Positions 13,208 to 27,240 are shown, numbered from the stretch's first letter. The stretch: 64,000 nt of DNA from Octopus sinensis (GCF_006345805.1 NC_043007.1:45198001-45262000); one strand, 5' to 3'. Made by a program: numbers and translations. The notes: a model not told the origin generated them from the letters alone.

Positions 13208-15037
13208 ATTATTATTATTATTATTATCATTATTATTATTATTTAACTTCTAGTGGAACAAATTTAATTAAGCATTAAGTTTGTATACACATTTTTCTCT
13301 ATTAAATATGGTATTGATTTCACAAAAGCGTGGGAAGCTGAAGAAGACTCTGGTGTCTGAAACAATGATGATGATGGTGATGATAATAATGATGATGATG
13401 ATGATGATGATGATGAAGATGATGACTATGATAAAGGTAACAATGGTGATAATAGTGATGGTGCTGGCAACAAAAATGGACAAATTCTTCCACATTATCA
13501 AAAGAAACAATACCAACTCTAGCAACAACAGTATACTTAAAATTCCGAGCAAACAATACATTAGAATGTACAACAATCAGAATGCTAACCAACTCTAATT
13601 CCACCTCTGCAAATTCATAAATTAAAGAATTGATATTATTTGACGTTCTTTTTTTGTTGGTATTGAAGTGTCAGAGAATTAAAATGGGTCTGAGTCAGAA
13701 TGAGGCTCATTCTATGGACACGCGAGTGGTCGAGTATTATCTTGAATGTAATTCTCAAGCGTAGTCCACTTAACAAGGCTAGACCCTTTCAATAGTTTCT
13801 GTTTATTCAATTTCACTCACTAGGTATGGGGTGATCTGAGGTAATATTAACTGACATTTGCCCAAGATGCAACGCAACGGAATCGTGATTACGAAGCGAA
13901 CCTTTTAATCACAGTTGACTAACTGCTATGAATTCAAAGACCAAAGAAGCTTTGGTCTTTGAATGTGGTGGGGTCTCGTTGATTTCATGAATATTTACAA
14001 CCCTAATCTCTGGCTACCAGACATGATAAACAAAGACGTTTCCTTTTAACTACAAAATCCTTACTCTGTATAGAGACCAGCCTATTTGATGTTAACATTT
14101 GGGGAAAAATCTGAAGAATGCTTTATGAAATTTTCATTGACAATAAAAGTCACAAAAGATTCTAATTAAAAATCTTTATAGGAAAACGCACATTTCTGGA
14201 TTAATGTTTCTTTTTCATGATACCCCAAACTATATCCCCATATGAAAACGTATTTACATAAAATCTCTCGTAAACTTTATAAATCCACCCCCAATTAATG
14301 GTTTCCAACACCAGTGAAAAGACACTGATTTGTAAGAAAGTACGTGCATTGTTTTGAATCTACTGCTATGCAGGCTATCGATCATGTTTAGAAGACTGCT
14401 TATAGTCTAGTCAAGAATGATTTGAACTCAGAAAGCAAAAGGAGATAAATGTATACCATTTCTGCGACGTTCTCTCTGGCATGATGCCACTAATTTTCTT
14501 TAGAGGATGGTGCAGATTATTATATCGATCTTAGTTGTTGGTATTCATAATAGCCAACACTGGAAAGGTCAAAGGCAAAGCTAACCACGGTGGGATTTGA
14601 ACACAGAATTTCGTTCTGCTTCTGTCAATGCTACTGCTGCAATGAACAGCCATTCTGAGTAATACGCGATAATGGATTAGTCGAAACCTATTGTGACTAT
14701 TGTCTTTCCTTCAGCTCTTATCCGCTTATCCTGCGGATCTATTGAAAGATATTGGAAAAAGTTGGAACGTTCTAGAAATCTTATTGTTTATCAGGGAATG
14801 GAAATACTTCTTCGATTACATCTTACCTGTAGAAAGCAAATCAATATCCAAGTATACGAATTTCAGAGAAGCTGGAGATTGCATCAGGTGTTACACAAGT
14901 AATTATAGAATATGTATCACTGATAGAACATAAGATATATTGCAGATTTACGCTCAGGTCTTAAAGCTACAAAATTACAAATAACTCATCTAATCGAGGT
15001 TCGAAGTTCTGCAGGAGTATATATATATATATATATA

Positions 15038-15170
15038 TCACCTTGATCACCTTGACCGACTAGTCCGTCGGGCGTCCATTTGACACCGCTGGTCACAGCA
15101 CGCTGTCCACTCCTCTCTGGATCGCGCCTTTCTCATCCACATGATCCTAATCCTCCTCCTGAAATCGCGC
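15038..15170 (-). mobile_element. Probable 5'-truncated RTE-like LINE 3' end
   Basis: GC-rich island between microsatellites; reverse strand reads EKARSREEW followed by a repeated tcaaggtga tail. Confidence 0.45.
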
Positions 15171-15554
15171 ATGTGTGTGTGTGTGTGTGTGTGTGCGTGT
15201 GTATAGGGTTTGCCAGACGTTACCCGACGCTAAATCAAACTTCCATAAATACTATCTGTGATTCTGTATTGACTCGAATGGAAAAATGTGTCGCTCACGA
15301 AGGACTTCATTTTGAATAATTTTCATGATGTTTCATATTTAGATACTTTTATTAAATTCATTCACTTGTTATACATAAATAGATCTTGGAATTGAATGGT
15401 TTTGATTTACTGTCAGGAGACAGTAAATTCAGGGTGAATACTTGATAAATGTAAGCACCTGTATAGGTGATAGGATATATGTATGTATGTATGTATATGC
15501 ATATATATATATATATATATATATATGCATGTATATATATATATATATTTCAAA

Positions 15555-15770
15555 GGCCCTTCGTGAGTCATAGGCTCACAAGGCTCGTTTCCCGAATCCT
15601 ATGGTATATATATTCTCCTCTTGGACGGGACGTTGATCCGTCACATAATTACTCATTTTTGCCAAATAAATGGTCTGGAACAATGTGAAATGAAGCGTTT
15701 TGCTCAAGAACACAACGCATTTCCCGATCCAGGAATCAAAAACACAATCCCGAGTCCAACACCCGAAACA
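15555..15770 (-). mobile_element. tRNA-derived SINE (family C)
   Basis: gctcaagaacacaacgca...ccaggaatcaaaaacacaatc; homologous to 37005-37218, 48180-48287 and 51170-51436. Confidence 0.65.
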
Positions 15771-17787
15771 AATCTTTCGAGGCAGTAGCCCAGCATAGCC
15801 CCAAGTCTTAATACTGAAATAAGTTATAGAATTAATTATATTTAAGACAGTCTTCATATTAGTATAAAGGGTTACAATGAGTATGGCTGGAACTGAAAGA
15901 AAGGTTATTTTCATGCCGCTAACATTTACATGCTGACACTGTAGTGTAATGCTAAGCTGCCTGTTGTTATTTACTGCAACGTGGCTCAGAACTTTTACCA
16001 ATTAATTTTAATTCTGTTATTACTCAGCCAAGCAACTTTAGTTACTTTGGTTATTTAACCCCGAATAAAAGATCGAAGGACAAAGATTATGAAGGTTGTC
16101 AGTAAAGAAGTAAATTATTCTCAAACCGTGGACCCTGCTCAAATACTTGCAACAGAGCAGACGGCGCTGATGTTACTCTAGGTCATTGTAAGTACAGTTA
16201 AAACCAAGTGGTAGATTAAATCTCTAATCCCAGTACAAGCATTGTCTTTCCGACGAGCTCCAATATTATCTATGTCTCCTATATTTCAACAACGATATAT
16301 TGGTGGATCTGAGACTACAGTAAAATGCATTTGAAGAAGCCAAAAATGCCACGCAGCGGGATAGAATCTGAAACTATGTTGTTGGGAACACATCATTTTA
16401 ATCATACAGTTGTACTTGTGAGTTATCTGATTGATGAAGGTGCACTGCGAGTCGAATCCGCAATTCTTACGTCAGATGAAATATCATTCACCATTCGTTG
16501 TTGGCAGTTGTCGCTTTATGAGTTACGGCAAGTTTTCTAGCTGTTAAAGACTTTCAGAATATATAATATAACATCAGACTAAAGACATTTGAATAGTCAG
16601 TTTAACCCGCTTAATTTTCAAGTATATTACGTCTATGTTGTCGATTGTTTTCATCCACATCGAACCGAGATCAATAAATGAAATCAGGTGTGGTGGAAAT
16701 TCAATTCAAATTAATCAATTGTGTTCCGTTCTTCTGACATTTTATATTGTGGGTAAATGTGGGTACATGTAAAAAAGAAATCAATACGTGATTGCGAATG
16801 ATATATCTGATAAATATGCAGCTTCGAACTTAAACAAAGAACTGGACGGAAATGATCTCGGTTGTCTGAATATCTTATAGAACCTGATTTAAAATTGCAA
16901 TGTTATTCAGTTTTTGGGATGGAATATTTCTGATGACATGGTTTATGTGAGTTTACAGATGGTTGCAGTTAATCTCATCATCTTCTGCAATTTCGAAGGA
17001 AGTTAATGCTTTGTTTAAAGATAATATACATTGATAATTTTCCGTATATGTCATACAATTGCGGTAGCCATTTAGAAAACTTTTGAGGAGTTAGAGCAAT
17101 AAATTTGTTAAATACATATAAAATTTTGTGCGAGACACAATCAAATGTAATATTTCTGATTATTGAAATTATAGCAAATTGGAATTAACGGTTAATTTAC
17201 ATGGGGAGTGTGATTTAAATTAAAAGGCTACAATTTAGTTATTTCCAATGGTCATCTCTGCAATGGAACTATGTATACCATTTCACTTATTGGAGATCAT
17301 ATTTACAAAAACAGTTTTCTGAATACAGAGGAAAATAAGGACAATATCATCTACCCAACAAACAACAACAATGACAACAACGACATCAACAATAACAACA
17401 GCTAATACTGCTGCTTTTACAGCAAACGTTGTACTTAATATATCATTTTACACAAGAAAATATTGCGCCTATATAATTGTAATTTAACCAGACACCGTTT
17501 CTCAAAACTGATCTATTTTGAAATTATGCTGTCACTTGTTCTTCAGAAAAGTTTTTTTAATTTAAGCTAAAAGCCAGATACTTTGAGTGGATGGGGGTAA
17601 GTCGATAACTTCGACTCCAGTATTTGACTTGAACTTTCCTTTATCGATCCCGGAAGGGTGAAAGGTAGATATAAATTCTTTTCAGAGTTAATGGTCTCCG
17701 TTGGTTGTTCGACATAGCCAAGTTCGACAGGCAAAGACCCACTGAATATGGCTGACCAAATTTCTAAATTTCTATTACTTGGTTATC

Positions 17788-17823
<36 letters not shown>

Positions 17824-17899
17824 ACACATATATATATATCGGTGCGAATGTTCTTTTTTTATTACGGCGCAGTGATTTACAATCCTGTAAATAATAATA

Positions 17900-18076
17900 A
17901 TGGTATTTTTATACACGCTTAAAGCTTATGGTGATCACCGTGCAATGACTAAGGAAAATAGTATAATAACGAGACATATAAGCCCTCGACAGAAAAAAGA
18001 AGGCTTCCCTATTCCCTTCATTAGACTATTTTCCTTAGGTATTGCACGGGGATCGCTTTAAGCTTATATAAAATTA

Positions 18077-18080
<4 letters not shown>
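17900..18080. repeat. Long inverted repeat / palindromic MITE-like hairpin
   Basis: Arms 17900-17967 and 18020-18080 are reverse complements (ccgtgcaat..ctaaggaaaatagt) with one 7-nt indel. Confidence 0.85.
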
Positions 18081-18126
<46 letters not shown>

Positions 18127-18320
18127 TTATAAGTATGCACGGGTGTTTATGTGTTTCTGTGTATGTATATATAGGCACTCAACAACTACATATTTTCAGT
18201 GGACACTTTATAGCATTAAATTATATACATACATGCACGTGCATACTTACTCACACTGGTACATACACGCATGCCCCCCACCAATATATATATATATAAA
18301 TAAACATATATACATATATA

Positions 18321-18567
18321 TATAAATTAACGAAGGTGGCTATACACAAAATAAAACGAAAAAGGACAAATTCAATTGTTACTAACTATGACCAACAGTG
18401 CAGCGTAGCACCTACGTTGCCAGAAATAAGAATTAAAATCAATGCCGAAAAGTGCAGGATCTAAGGGTTCTTAACTCTTATTTCTAGCAATGAAGGTCAC
18501 AATCAGTGACTACTGAATTTTTCCTTGAACGTTTCACATTGCGTATAACCACCTTCGTTATTTTATA
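18321..18567. repeat. Long degenerate inverted repeat
   Basis: taacgaaggtggctatac (18328) versus gtataaccaccttcgtta (18543-18560); pairing continues inward for roughly 100 nt. Confidence 0.8.
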
Positions 18568-18768
18568 ATTTTCATATTACCATCTTGCTGAATCAGCCAT
18601 TGATTCATATGGTAAATACTATATACTGACACTCAGGATTTAGCCAAATCATTCAGCGAAATCTCCAGTGATGAGCTTTAACTTTAGCCGAGACTAGATT
18701 ACTATGGTGATCTCGTTCGCTGTGGGGCGACTATCTACCCTGTCAGTATATATATATATATATATATC

Positions 18769-18852
<84 letters not shown>

Positions 18853-18874
18853 TTATATATATGTATGTATGTTT

Positions 18875-18905
<31 letters not shown>

Positions 18906-19040
18906 TGTATGTATATATATATATGTATATATATATATATGTATATATGTATGTATGTATATATATATATGTATGTATAAATGTGTATATATATATATAC
19001 ATATGTATGTATATGTATTATACATATAAATATATATATA

Positions 19041-19425
19041 TACTCTTTTACTTGTTTCAGTCATTTGACTGTGGTCATGCTGGAGCACCTCCTTTAGTCA
19101 AGAAAATCGACCCCAGAACTTATTATTTGTATGCGTAGTACTTATTCTATCGTTCTCTTTTGCCGAACCGCTATGTTACGGGGACGTAAACACACCAGCA
19201 TCGGTTGTCAAGCGATGTTGGGGGAGGGACAAACATATACACAAATACATATATATAATACATATATACGGCGCGCTTCTTTCAGTTTCTGTCTACCAAA
19301 TCCACTCACAAGGCTTTGGTCGGCCTAGGCTATAGTAGAAGACACTTGGCCAAGGTGCCACGCAGTGGGACTGAACCCGGAACCATGTGGTTCGTAATCA
19401 AGCTATTTACCACACAGCCACTTCT
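19041..19425 (-). mobile_element. tRNA-derived SINE (family B): head, internal TA tract and tail
   Basis: Reverse strand gtggctgtgtggtaaatagcttg...ggttcagtcccactgcgtggcaccttgg head and ...tgactgaaacaagtaaaagag tail. Confidence 0.85.
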
Positions 19426-19464
19426 ACATCCTGTTTAACAAGTAATATATATATATATATATAT

Positions 19465-19513
<49 letters not shown>

Positions 19514-19525
19514 GTATGTATGTTT

Positions 19526-19556
<31 letters not shown>

Positions 19557-19561
19557 GTATG

Positions 19562-19607
<46 letters not shown>

Positions 19608-19690
19608 TGTATATATATATATGTATGTATATATGTATATATATATATACATATGTATGTATATGTATTATACATATAAATATATATATA

Positions 19691-20076
19691 TACTCTTTTA
19701 CTTGTTTCAGTCATTTGACTGTAGTCATGCTGGAGCACCTCCTTTAGTCGAGAAAATCGACCCCAGAACTTATTATTTGTATGCGTAGTACTTATTCTAT
19801 CGTTCTCTTTTGCCGAACCGCTATGTTACGGGGACGTAAACACACCAGCATCGGTTGTCAAGCGATGTTGGGGGAGGGACAAACATATACACAAATACAT
19901 ATATATATATACATATATACGGCGCGCTTCTTTCAGTTTCTGTCTACCAAATCCACTCACAAGGCTTTGGTCGGCCCTAGGCTATAGTAGAAGACACTTG
20001 GCCAAGGTGCCACGCAGTGGGACTGAACCCGGAACCATGTGGTTCGTAATCAAGCTATTTATCACACAGCCACTCC
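19691..20076 (-). mobile_element. SINE family B, duplicated copy
   Basis: Nearly identical to 19041-19425, offset by 650 bp. Confidence 0.85.
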
Positions 20077-20094
20077 CACATCCTGTTTAACAAG

Positions 20095-20146
<52 letters not shown>

Positions 20147-20230
20147 AAATGTAGTTTTTAAACAGGACGTCAAACATTAAGGCAAACATCTCAAGGCATA
20201 TACAATATTATTATAGGAAGAAATTCAAAA

Positions 20231-20279
20231 TCTTACAGCTATTTCTGGGATGTCCCCGAGTATATTCCGTTATCAGAGA
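20231..20279 (-). ncRNA. Degenerate type I hammerhead motif (core G8 to A)
   Basis: Minus strand TCT-CTGATAA-CGGAAT...ATCCCA-GAAA-TAGCTG-TA-AGA. Stem I TCT/AGA, near-palindromic stem III. Confidence 0.55.
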
Positions 20280-21397
20280 CAAATTGAGGAAAAAATATGG
20301 AAAATGAGAATGGTATATATCAATAAGATGATAACATAGGGGAAGGGAGTAAATGAATAAGTATATGGAAAAAGATAAGAAAGAAGAAACATAAAAGTTC
20401 ATAGTTCAACTTTCCGAAATTATAGAAACCAAAGCCTCAGTCTTTAGGTGCAATCTTGCGTAGATCCATGTGGGTTACAGTTCTCATATAGTAGACATCC
20501 CAAGATATACAGATTCGTTAAAAATGGAAGAAACAAATTGTTAAAATTCATAAGAAGTTTCTTTCAGACAATCGCTTCGTACAAAGATATAAAAATATAA
20601 ATTCATGATTGAATTAAATCAAATCAATATCATCGTAAATATTCTGCAGTGCAGGAAGGAGAGAAACCACAATATAACTAACTTAAAAAAAATAGAGAAG
20701 AAAAAATTAGATCTAGGAGAGTCAAATTGTTATCCGTGCGCGAAAGAGACGGGAGTCATGTTGGATGTTGAATCATAACTAACGGCTTCAACGGTTATTT
20801 GAAAATAAAAGAGGTATTGGAGATGTTCCCTCTATTGATGAGTGTGGAAATTAGAATTATAGCTCCATATATATAGCGTTAGGCAAGTAAGTAGGAGAAA
20901 TTTCCAGTGGGACGACAATACCAAATATAAATTAAACTTAACCGTTGAAATCAATACATGGTATAATATATTTTTTAAAAATATATACAGAAGAATGAGG
21001 AAGGGGTATATGAGAAGCTAATACTAGATAGTTAACGTAAACAAATAGCAAGAAATAGAGGTATGAAGGTATGAATTATAAAGAGAGAAGATGATCTATA
21101 TAAATGACACATGTTTATATAAAAATTATATTAAGGTAACACGTATTAATAATAAAGGAAAAAGTAAGTAAAAACTGAGAAGCTATTGTTAATATTACAC
21201 TTAAAATAGTATAATAGTATATACTTACGGTGTCTACAAAGATAAAATAGAGAATTTAAAAGTGATAAGTTAGATAGACCAAATAAATGTAGGGAAGGAA
21301 AATAAGTAGAGAAAGAGATGAGTAAAAAAAAAAAATTTGGATAGGGGTGTGTGGGTTATACAGAAGGTGTGTTTTAGTATATATATATATATATATG

Positions 21398-21489
<92 letters not shown>

Positions 21490-21490
21490 G

Positions 21491-21546
<56 letters not shown>

Positions 21547-21574
21547 ATATATATATATGTATATATATATATGT

Positions 21575-21701
<127 letters not shown>

Positions 21702-22829
21702 ATTATATATATATATAAGACTATTCCAGAGGTATTAATCCAGCTTAGTAATATGTAAGAATCATATAGAATGGCAGTATGGTCGTAATGGTATTCGAGT
21801 TGTAGGGGAGCCGTGCAAGTATAGATATAAGAAAATACTACGAGTAGCAGGGTACACGGAAGTGTAAAAAATTTACACAAAATATGATCTAATATGGGGA
21901 AGAGTGTATATATGTTTAATCATACGTGTGTAGAAGCATACTTACACATGAGTATATAAGTACAGGAATTCGTGTAAATACACGATTAAGGCATACATAT
22001 ACATATATGTATACCTTTCATAAATTTCACTATAGAAGTTCTAAGCTTCATGATTCTTCTATTGGCCATAGAGCTACAATATTCACTCGCAAGATCACCA
22101 TGCAAGAACAAAAAAAAGCAACAATTGCAACATATTACGCCATACAAAACACGATACCGCCAGCCCGAGAAAAAACCAGCGCAACCACAACGACCAATAA
22201 CCACCACTATTACCACTGCCATCACCATCACTTGCATCATTTGTTCTGGTCTTTAATCCGTCCGAGTTCCAAGCCTGCCGAGGCCAATTATGTCATTAAT
22301 CATTCTGGAATCGCTAAAAGAAAGTACCAGCCATAATATGCAGTCCATTTAATCGAGTGCTCTCATCCAACAAAATGCAAACCTTGTCCACATATTAGAT
22401 ACATTTTTTTTTACTGCTTTATTTTTGTTGCTGTCTTCGTTGTTAAATATCTTTTAGAAACTCAGATTCTCAATTTGGCCGCCAACAAAACTTGCCATTA
22501 CGCTATGTTTACGTTTCTTATACAGATAATAGAATTTTGACCTCGTCAATTGTGTTGATAATTTGTTTATGTTAGAGTGATGCTGTTTGCATCACATGTC
22601 ATTAAAAAGAATCATTTGAATTTCTAATATTTACAACATTGTTTCTCTATGTTCATTTTATTTACTTTTTATCAGAAAGACATTTTAGTCTAGATATCAG
22701 TTGTCGGAAATGAATATAAAGTGATTTCTGCTTAGTTCCCACTTAGACTCGGTCAATATGTAAGTAGATGTCTGTATGTGTGTGTGTTTATGAGTGTGTG
22801 CATTGCGTAAGTGCATTACATTCATAATG

Positions 22830-22872
<43 letters not shown>

Positions 22873-22918
22873 ATATATATACATACATTATATACCTATA
22901 TATTTTTATATATACACA

Positions 22919-22995
<77 letters not shown>

Positions 22996-25299
22996 GTATA
23001 TGTATACACGCGCGCGCACACATAGTGACGCAGTTAATTGCAGGCTATCGTATGTAAATCCATTGAAATTATAACCGTAATGTGAAGGAAATTCATTAGC
23101 GTACACGAAAACTAATTTGAAAGTGGTGGATGAGAGAGTATTATATGTGTGAGTATAAGTGTGTTGCTTAATATATAAACATATAAAGATATATATGATT
23201 TAGTAGGCATACATGTATGTGTGTGTGTATACATTTACACACACACACACACATACAGTGTAAAATTAGGTTTATTTGATTGGTCATCTATATTTCAAGT
23301 GGTTGGAAGTATTATTGATCTTAATCAGGTTTGAGTCGTATCTATTTGAACTTGGCATCTTCAATTGTCTCGGCTTTAAACACAAATTGATGGAAAGTTT
23401 AACTGAAAGACATAAATTATATTGATGTCAGCGTAGAGAAATGGAGATAGTAAGTGGCTAATGTTAGTGATTCTTCTTTCGTCTATTATCTCCAAAGACA
23501 TTACGAGAAATCTGCACATATCAATCAACAGTAGACATCGCGATAAACACGCTTTTACTTTGTATAGTCTGAAATTCCGTGTTGCCAACTAAACACTTTT
23601 CATTCTAAAATAACAAAATGGATTGAATAAACATCGGGTTTCGTCTGGCGGTCATTGTACTGTTTAGCTTTTACCTCTATTGCTGCATCTATTACTAACA
23701 CAAGCAACTATATACACTACCGTCGCTGAAATTTGCACTATTACTATAATTTTCCCCACCAAAACTCCACCATTAAATCAACATCGATATAACTACTAAT
23801 GCGGTAGTCAGAACCACTACGAATAAATACTTATGAAATGGTTGTATTGTTCTGTCTCAATTAACGGCAACACAAGGCAGAACGCTGAGGAAACCGATTG
23901 CAACAATACGAATACTACTGGCATCATTTTGCGGTTTTATTACTGGTTGCAATGTAGTTGATGTTACTTTTAATTTGTGTGAAATGTAATTTTAAAAACT
24001 TCGCTGTTCTTTCTCTGTATATGAAAATTAAACCGGCTAAGATTCAAACAAATTAACCACTTCATCATAGCCAGGGCGGTCACAGATTGTGGGAGAAATA
24101 ATCAACTTAAATTATGCTCTACTAAATTGGTCATGCAGTTTATAATTATGCGAAGTATTGACCAAGAATTTAATTGAATATAATTGGGAAATTATGCGCG
24201 ATCAAAGTGCATTGGAAATATATCAATAATATGGAAACTATTCGCTATTATTTAGATAACACCACCATACTACCATACACCGCTGCTACCAAAATAATGA
24301 TGGTCATAGCATGATATCTGAACTTTTACTTTTAAGAACATCCCACTGTACTGTCATGTATTTGAGGCCTATAACCATGTGTATACGTTGGTCAACATTC
24401 TTACTCAACGTGGAATATCTTGGTATATTCTTATCTTATCAATTTCTATCATGAGACATATTCCTATTGTTACAGTAAAAACAAACAAGAAGATTATGTA
24501 TTTTCCTGCTTTTAAGACAAGAATTTCAACATTTTGTTTGCTTAGTTAAGAAGGATGAATATCTTTAAGCTCTAGGTATTTTGCTGAGATGCATTCCACT
24601 AGACATAAATGTCAAGGAAGAGAAAATATTGGGTAACGACAAAGTTCATATTGCTTACCTCTGTTATAGTCCCCAACCATAACCTACAAACATTTTAATT
24701 CAGATTAAATATCGTGATTCTGCGTGTCTCTGTGTGTGTATTTGTGTGTTTCCAAACTAATGTCCTGCATTCTATAATATAATCAATAGTATATTAGAAG
24801 GATATGTAGTATTTTCTTGTGACAAAGACAAGTCTATCGGAAGACCGCAATGATGACCATGCCTCGACGACTTCACTACAATCTCTGTGTCAAGGTTCTA
24901 CTAGATCAGGGTTGGTGAAGATTGGAACCACAAAACCCTTTAAATACATAATCTAGTTTTGCTGAAAGTGGGCTGCACCATCTCCAGAAGTAACAGAACA
25001 TTTTACATGGCGATCGGTAACAAAGTGACATCAATACAGTTTTTAAAATTTTCTGCTCTTGTTTGAATATCGAATTTGCAAAACTTTAATTTCAATATTC
25101 TGATTTACTGATTCTCAGCGATAATTGCAACAACATCAACGACAACGATAGATTTTGAAATGTGAATAAGTAAACAAAAATACAAATATATGTTACCCGT
25201 GTTTGTAAATTATAGACAAAAGCAAATGTACAATTTGAATGATATCAAAATTTGCGGCCGCTGCACTTGTAGTGTTTGGTAAAGACCTGGCTCACACCG

Positions 25300-25960
25300 A
25301 CCCGCACCCAAAGAGGACCGTAAAGAGAAAACTAATCTGCTTTAATCCTCTATTTAACTTAAAGGTTTCCACCAACGTAGCCACGGATTTCCAGTCATTG
25401 GTTAAGAAGTATTTCTCCGGGTGCCACAATCACTATAAGCTCTAAAACCTACATAACCTCAAAGTGACCTATTCTTGCCTAGATAATAATACTTCTAACA
25501 TTGTACGCTAAAACTGATAAGAATATGCACTTGCACAATCGCCAACCCTTGTAATTGTCAAAATCCCACCAGATTCTTTCTAGGGGGATCCTGTCTCTCA
25601 AGAGCTGTAATCTACAGAAGCACCCTCACACTATAAGTGGGCATTACAAGGCACTACTCGGGCATGACGGCCAACGCCTTCAAGAGAAGGAACAGGCGGC
25701 ATATGCACTCGCTTGTATGCAGGAATAGACAAATTTTCACCTCGTTATCTCATTTTCAAGGGAGGCCCCGAGACTTCCGAAATGAAAGCCCTAACATCGA
25801 ATGAACTGGGCCCTACCCTACTCACTCGGCGCCTGCAAATGTCAACTCAGCTCTGCGAAAGACTGCACATTTTCATGTCCTCCTGGTGAACTTCAAGCCA
25901 CTGGCTGCTGACAACTCAAATATACCAGCTTAATATTGGCTTCTCCTCAACTCTGGTTGC
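25300..25960 (+). pseudogene. Penelope-like element (Naiad-type) RT-thumb/GIY-YIG relic
   Basis: KRKLICFNPLFNLKVSTNV..LVKKYF..LKVTYSC, then PCNC..GGSCLSRAVIYRS..HYSGMTANAFKRR..H; interrupted by stops and frameshifts. Confidence 0.7.
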
Positions 25961-26929
25961 CTCGCAACCAAAAACAGATTTCCTAACCAGCAATGACTAC
26001 GCAAACCGCAGATCGACTTCACAGCCTTATGCCACTCCCTGCAACCCCTACATTCGCCTCTATAAACATGGACCTCGCACGCAAACACATACATATCTAT
26101 GTTCACATACGAATATATATAATCGCGCGCGCACACACACTCATATTCACGACTATGTAGTATAATTTTACCCCCCTCTCTTTTCACCTGTATACGCCAC
26201 CAAATCTCGGTCGAACGTCTATTCCATACTCCCTCTAGCAAAACTGTTTCAACTTCACTACCTTACATTTGTACGCCTGCGCGTACAAATGCCAAAGCAT
26301 GAATATATACACACACATGCTCAGACTAAAACAACTCACGTACGCATACATGCTGTTCCAAACAAATACGCATGCACTCATACACAAATACAAGACTACA
26401 TACTTACGTACTCAGTCCCATGCATGTATCCGAAACTCGTCCGAGCGCATACGCGTATGCACCAGGCATTAACGCGCCCATATTCGCACACTCATATACG
26501 TAAACTCATTCAACCAATAATGTACTCCACATCCACACACACATAGATATATACACACACATATACATATACACATACACACATCCCCTCTTTCTCTCTC
26601 TCTCTCTCTCTCTCTCGCTGCCTTCACTTGGGAGCAGACATCTAGACGCCACCAGGTTCCTGTCCAGCCATGCTACACAATTAATTCCACTTTCTAGTGC
26701 ATCTGGTGTCGCTGATTTGCCAATATCACTTAACAACACCACGACTAATAGCATCCCATCTTATTTTGCAGCAGCTACGTTGAACTTCCTTTATCTCTCC
26801 ATTCGGTTATTCGAACCTGCTCGATGTATGTTTCTGTTATAAACAAACGAAACATTAAGTAACATGGAGCCAAATAAAATCGTTTTAAATAATGATAACA
26901 ATAATGATATTAGCAATAACAATATTAAT

Positions 26930-27240
26930 ACTCAATGCCACAGATGTGCTTCTCAGTTGTTTGAGCATGTCTCTTACTGAGTGTGCCCTTTAGTGTCTGA
27001 TGATATGCGCATCTCTGAAGATAAACGGTTGTGGGGGAACATCATAGCCATGCTGTGAGAGGAATTATTCGCTGTTTCAATAGCTCATCTCTGGAAACAT
27101 GGGTGTTTCATTGACCGTCATTAAACAAACTTTATTCAGAGACCTTTTGAGCAGGATTGGCTACTCAACTTGAAGAAAATTCTAACTCGGTCCTAACTGC
27201 AAGGTGATGCGCTGTTTTTGTTGATACGAAATCACCATAT
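26930..27240 (+). repeat. ~520-bp repeat, internal fragment (copy 4)
   Basis: catcatagccatg...ctggaaacatggg...gaagaaaattctaact, as in copies 1-3. Confidence 0.8.

Noticed and set aside
13041-13604. Poly-L, poly-M and poly-H ORFs
   Set aside because: Trinucleotide microsatellites (ATT, GTT, GAT); no domain signal.
14104-14142. CTGAAGA...GAAA hammerhead-like spacing
   Set aside because: Stems are only about 3 weak A-U/G-U pairs; expected by chance in AT-rich DNA.
14693-14933. Two overlapping short ORFs after a pyrimidine-AG, as a possible exon
   Set aside because: No recognisable protein similarity and only a weak donor; cannot be supported.
19340-19425. tRNA genes in SINE heads
   Set aside because: A/B-box-like motifs are present, but I could not fold a complete cloverleaf and they are joined to SINE bodies.
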